Part shown: positions 56,982 to 64,000 of the stretch, in pieces
How the letters are laid out: every line of letters begins with the position of its first letter
Numbering within the stretch: position 1 is the first letter of the stretch
Assembly: GCA_907165135.1 (NCBI GenBank)
Contig: OU015566.1
Span: forward strand, 682,001-746,000
DNA from: Oikopleura dioica
Taxonomy: Eukaryota > Animalia > Chordata
DNA length: 64,000 nt
Direction: 5' to 3'
Translations under genes and position numbers: made by a program
Notes under the pieces: model-generated
What the model was told of the DNA's origin: nothing
Databases searched by the model: none
The model's input: the letters and a program-made list of their open reading frames with translations, nothing else

Positions 56982-59843
56982 ATGAGATTGTTGCTGCAGC
57001 TCGCGCTGGCGCTCAGCGTCGCTGACGCGAAGATTCACAGACGAAAGAGGGTTAACAGCAATCCGAGAAGCAGTGTTGGAGGATGGTCCTATGAGTTGCA
57101 GGAATGGTTGAAATTTTTCATTTTGACTTTTTCCGAAATTAAAAGTTTTTTTTCTCAGAAATTGATAAATAGAAATAGAAATTTCGACCTCTGAAAGGCC
57201 GACGAAGCCGATGTCCGCGGCCCTCGACCAAACCCAGTTTCCTACAACTGCGATGCCAACACCGCCCTTGGAGTTCCAGTCAATTCCTGGTGCAAGTGCA
57301 ACGAAGTCAGCTGCCTGCCCCTCCAGACCTGCGTCGTCGTCATCGTCCAACTCGGCTGCGACATCCGAAACGAAATCGGTGCCATCGCCAAGACCATCCG
57401 AACCGTCGTCGATGAAGTCCACGATGCGGGCGTCATTCCTGGAACCCTCAAGCTCGGTTTGATCCGATACGGTGTCAAGCGCAACATCAAGATCGACCTC
57501 ACCCTCATCGATGGAATCAACTACTTCGAAGATGTCATCTCCGACGTTGTCCTCCGATCCGTCGACGACATCCAGCCAATGAACAACGCCCATTTCATCC
57601 CTGCTTTCTACAAGGCCTTCGACATGTTCGAGGAGTACCGTCAATTCGCGCAAAACCAGCACGATGACCAGTTCGCCCAGTGCGAGGAGAAACTCGTCTA
57701 CTACATCACCAACGGTCATTTGCAGTGCGAGGATTGCATTTGCATCTCCGAGTTCGAAACACCCCTTTCCGATCGAAGCGAAGTCAGCAAGTTCAACGAT
57801 TATATCGACCCCAAAAAAGTGGAAATTCTGAAGAAATGGCGAGGAACTGCCGGCGGCGATTTCTTGGAAAATATTTGCTCTGACTATTTGACTGAGCAGA
57901 GAAACAAGTGCTGCTTGGACTTGTCTTCTCCTTCGTAAGTTAGCTTTCTTTCTGGCAGTTTTGACCTCCATTTCTAGATGCGTACACACCGTACAATGCT
58001 CCCAAAGACAAATCGTCAGCTGCTCAGATGCAAAAACTCTCGAGGAGTTCATTCGCCGAGATGTCCTCCAGCCCCTTCCATGCCACAGTATGACTCCGAC
58101 TGTTTGCGTCATGCGAAACAAGGTCATCTCCATGTTCAAATTGATGGAAATCCAGTGCAAAAACCAAGATGTCAAGCTTCTCGTCCAGAGCCCCAACCAA
58201 GTTCCCTGCTCGTATTCGAAGCATCCCTTTGAAAATCGACGAATTCTCACTGACAACAGGTAAAACACTGCTCTAGAAATTTTTTTAACTTTTTTTTCTA
58301 GATTTGAGGATTGCTACAATCCAACTGTCGTCGATGTCTTGAAGAACTGGCAACGAGGAATCACTTTCGAGAAATGCCGAGATATTCAAGCTGTAAGCAC
58401 TTTTTCTCATTATAATTTCAAACAACGATTCAGCTCATGATCGAAAACGGAATGGAAGTCCGAGACGCCTCCCTCTTCACCCGATTCCAGGGACGACAAC
58501 CAAAGTGCTCCGCCTACGATCAAGCCTCCAACCGAGATTCTTCCGTCAAAAACCAGGCTGTCACTGACTCCATCGCCGACTGTCTTGTCCATTACTCTAG
58601 GTAAAGAAGATTTCTGAATTGCTTACTCAACCCTTTTTATAGCAACAACAAGATCGAAAACTGCGGAAGCCGACGATGCGATTGCGACATCTGGCTCAAA
58701 GTCGCCGCCTGCGACTTCCAAGACCCCAACATTTGCACCAAGCGACCTGAGTGCTGCTCGAAATCTGGCTGCTGCGGACCCCGAGGTCTCCCTGGCCCCC
58801 GTGGTCTTCCTGGTCCAAATGGTCCGCGAGGAGCAGCTGGCTCTCCTGGTGGAATTGGTGCTCAAGGCGAATGCGGTCCTGCCGGTCCCAAGGGTCAGCC
58901 CGGACCAGTCGGTCTTCCAGGCGCGAATGGTCCTCAAGGACAAGCTGGTAAGAGAATCCCTTGTGTTCTTTTACTAAAAAAATGACCAAAGGTGCTCCTG
59001 GCAAAAATGGCCTCCCTGGACGACCCGGAAGCCCTGGCGCCCCCGGAAATCCCGGAAAACAAGGTGACCGTGGACAAGCTGGCGCTTCTGGCGAGCCTGG
59101 TGATGCTGGCCTTCCCGGAATCGGCGGACAACGAGGACCACCCGGTCCACGTGGACCTCCAGGACCACGAGGTGCTCAAGGACCTTCTGGTGGACCCGGA
59201 CGAGGAATCGAAACTGAGGAATACTACCGAGCGTACGTCAGGAAGCTCCGAGAGACTGTCATGACAAAGCTCCGCTCTTGCCAGCAAAATGGATATGCTT
59301 GCAACGATCCTTTGGTCAAGAAGCTCGAGGGAATTCTTCAAGGCGCTATCAATGAAGTCTGCAAGTGCAACTGCCAGTTGGACTCAAGGTTAAAAAAAGT
59401 ATTGAAAAAATGACCTCCATTCCAATTCTAGCTCCGGTTTCTGCCCCAGCCTACCCGACCGAGGATACGCTCCAGTTCGAAATCCCATCAACGATCAATG
59501 CCCAAGCTACGGCACGAACTATCCGGCACCAACTTTCGCGCCTACTTACCGACCACCAGTAGTCCCCAGCTGGGCACCTCAGCCAACCTGGAAGTCAGTT
59601 GTCAGCGCAGTTCCCTTCTACGAGCCATCTGATTCCGATGATAGCGTTATCAGCTTCAACCAGAGTGGAGAGCCAGAACCGGACAGCTCTATCTCAGGTG
59701 AAAATTATTTCTAGAGAGAAACTTTAACAATTCTTTCAGACTCTGACTACGACTATGCAAGCAGTTCGGATGACGATCTCTTCGGCGAGGAAAAATGGGC
59801 TCAATTCGACCGAATGCGTCGAAGAAAACGAGTTCATCAATAA
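56982..59843 (+). CDS. Secreted VWA-like domain plus short collagen (Gly-X-Y) protein
   Basis: Signal [16 protein letters not shown] then RRKR; VWA-like LKLGLIRYG...LVYYITNG; Pro/Thr linker; Gly-X-Y runs at about 58770-59200; C-terminal tail. Confidence 0.8.
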
Positions 59844-60156
59844 CAATGCTGAAAAATCCTGACTATATTACTAGTTCAAATTTCAAATAAACAATTATTC
59901 GGCCTAAGATTTTTTATCAAAATTGAAAAGCGAGATAAAATTTTTTTGAACTTTTATTTCATAAATAAAAAAATTGTACAGTTTTTAAAATAATAAATAT
60001 TAACAGTGATAAAACCGTCCAAAATAGCCCATTTTGAACAAGGTGAAAAGCGATTCACATAATTTTTGTACTTTTTCGCATCAGAAAGGGGATAGATTCT
60101 AGAAGTTCGCTTCAGGCAGGAATTGACAGTTAATAAGGGGCAGTTTACAGTTAGAT

Positions 60157-61910
<1,754 letters not shown>

Positions 61911-64000
61911 TTGAAGTCTAAAAATCGTAATTAGAAAAAATTTTTTGAGAAAAGGGGTTGAAAAACTAAGGGTTGCCCTAAGGGTATCTTTGGTGGTGCT
62001 TGGCGCGAGGCCAAGGTTGGCGCAGGGCCGACCTTGGCCAGGTACCAAGGGCAATTCCACGAATTTACCCCGGCGTTTTTCGCGAATTGGCACATTTTGT
62101 ACCACTCGGTTCAGAGGGGTTAAAAATTTTTATTTGATGCTTACCGAGCAGCTTCGTACTGTCGAAGATATTCTTTATGGTCGTCGTTGCACATTGTGTT
62201 TTTTAAGGGTCTCTCTTCGTATTCTGCTGTTTTTTCAGAATTAAGGGTGTCGTCTTCGTTAAATCTCTGTTTTTTTTGAAAAATTGGTTCTTTTGAAATT
62301 GGTAGTGTTATGTAAGACTATTTGCAAAGTGTGTTCACTGGTTCTTGCAAAGTGAGGATCTGACTGTCGCAGGGCTCGTCACAAGAAGAACATTCGGTTG
62401 GGGAGGGCGCGCGCGCTAAGGTGAGGGCGCCGCTCCATGCTCGCGCAACGCGCGCTTTCGCGGAAGCCTCCCCGAAATGAACATGTCGCTGCCAGCACAT
62501 TGAGCTCGTTCTGATAAGCTCACGTTATGCAATCGCCTGACGCACTAGAAAATGAGTTCAACACTTGTTATCGAAGTGATATTACGATTAAGGGCTTCCG
62601 TAAGGGGCTTTTTAGACGTAAAAAAGCTCAACTCTCCCTACTTTTAGCTCTTTTTTTCAAAAGAAATAGACAAAAATCATTTTTTTTTAAATTCAAGATT
62701 TTCCTGCATAAAACCGCTGCTTTTTTTGAATAAAAGATAAAAAAGGATTTAATTTTTTGAAAATTAAAAAAAAAATTTTCAAAACCCAACTTTTTAAGTT
62801 TTTTTTAATAATTTCTTCTTTTTGGCAGATTTTTTTTGAGATAACATGGTGACACCCTTATTTGCACCCTTAATTTTGAGAAAAAGAGAAATTTTGTCTT
62901 GCTGTTTTTCTTTTTGTTCCGCGATGCGTTAGTTTCACTCAATGGAACCTTGATTTTTCGGCGAAAGGCGTTTCTGGTGTTTGATTTTGGAAGCTCAATT
63001 CTGAAAAATTTGCGCTTGACGATGCGCGCTAGGGCCGCCGCTTTAGAGGTCAGCGCGCGCTCGGCCGAGACCGAGTCCTCTGATTTACAGCAGCCCGGTT
63101 CCATGAAGAAACAACTCTTCTGTAAACCCCAGACTAAACAATGAGCTCGATTTGGGGGGCAATAATTTAAGGGTTTTTGACACTGCTCAAAATCGAGGGA
63201 ATTTTCTTTTTATCTGATTCATAAAAGATGCTCAATATTGACCGTAATTTTTCGATCAATTATCATGGAGATACCCTTATTCTATCGAAAAATTATTTTA
63301 TGAAATTTTTGGCAAGAATTTATCTGTTTCGTGTACAGAAAAAATAAGGGTATATCCAAGCTAGAAGCTTCAGAAAAATCGTTCTGAAATCTGAATTTAA
63401 TGCTGGTCACCCCCTTAATATTAGGAAAATACTTAACATTTTGAGAAAATTTGAAAAATAAAGGTGGTTAAAAATTTAGGGTGTCACTTTGTTAACCCTT
63501 AAAAAATCCGAAAAAATAGGGAGAAATCAAATTTCTTGTTCCAAAATGAGCTTTATCGGCGAAAAAAATTATTGCCAATGCGATAAGGGGCGCTCATAAT
63601 ATCGGTGTTCTATTTGTCGACTCTAAACGGAGCCTGTTTAGGCAACGCAATGTTCCACGAAGTCGGCGCTGACACGGTGAGCGGCAACGTGAGGCCGCGC
63701 AACTCGGCCCCGGTCTCGTCGGTCTGGTGCAGTGTGGTGCTCAACTTAGACGCGCAAAACACACGTTAATTACCACACTGCACCACCACCATTGCCAGGA
63801 CACTTCCTGGAGCTAAATCCTCGACACCAGAGCACCTTGCAATAATTCGCGCAAAATGGAACTACCAAAGACGCTTTTCATCGAATTAACAACATAAACA
63901 ACTCGCTGGAAGAAATTTAATCAAATTTCATCTTTAGGCTCATGAAATCTTTTTTCGGGATGTTAGGCGAACCGATATAAATTCTGCATGAAAAATCAAA

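Noticed and set aside
56916-58268. 450-aa minus-strand ORF
   Set aside because: Antisense shadow of the VWA-collagen exons; non-ATG start and no recognisable domain.

Overview
Eukaryotic DNA from a very compact genome: most introns are about 35-55 nt, and oikosin-like CUB and PLA2-like genes are present. This is most consistent with a larvacean tunicate such as Oikopleura (inference, not verified). The dominant feature is an apparently complete Polinton/Maverick (adintovirus-like endogenous dsDNA virus) at 2674-25110, with AGTAGT...ACTACT termini, 443-bp terminal inverted repeats and a perfect 6-bp target-site duplication (GACCTT). It encodes a protein-primed DNA polymerase B, retroviral-type integrase, packaging ATPase, adenain-like protease, major and probable minor capsid proteins and a basic core protein. 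Unusually, its genes carry host-type short spliceosomal introns (5 in pPolB, 2 in MCP) that restore continuous reading frames. Its left arm holds a spliced accessory cassette: several small single-pass or hairpin membrane proteins, a RING E3 ligase hidden by an intron, and an acidic repeat protein. It also has a stand-alone ORF resembling the terminal-protein segment normally fused to pPolB, three related dispersed tandem-repeat arrays, and ATGA-coupled structural genes. The rest is host DNA: a type III-like intermediate filament, two tandem bHLH-like genes, an inactive PLA2-like gene, a Cys-loop receptor spread over 11 kb of transposon-filled introns (including a Penelope fragment with two hammerhead ribozymes), an aminergic GPCR, threonine aldolase, a CUB protein, ketohexokinase with an intronic tRNA-Val, a VWA-collagen protein and a C2H2 factor. 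All exon structures were deduced by eye and need RNA-seq confirmation.
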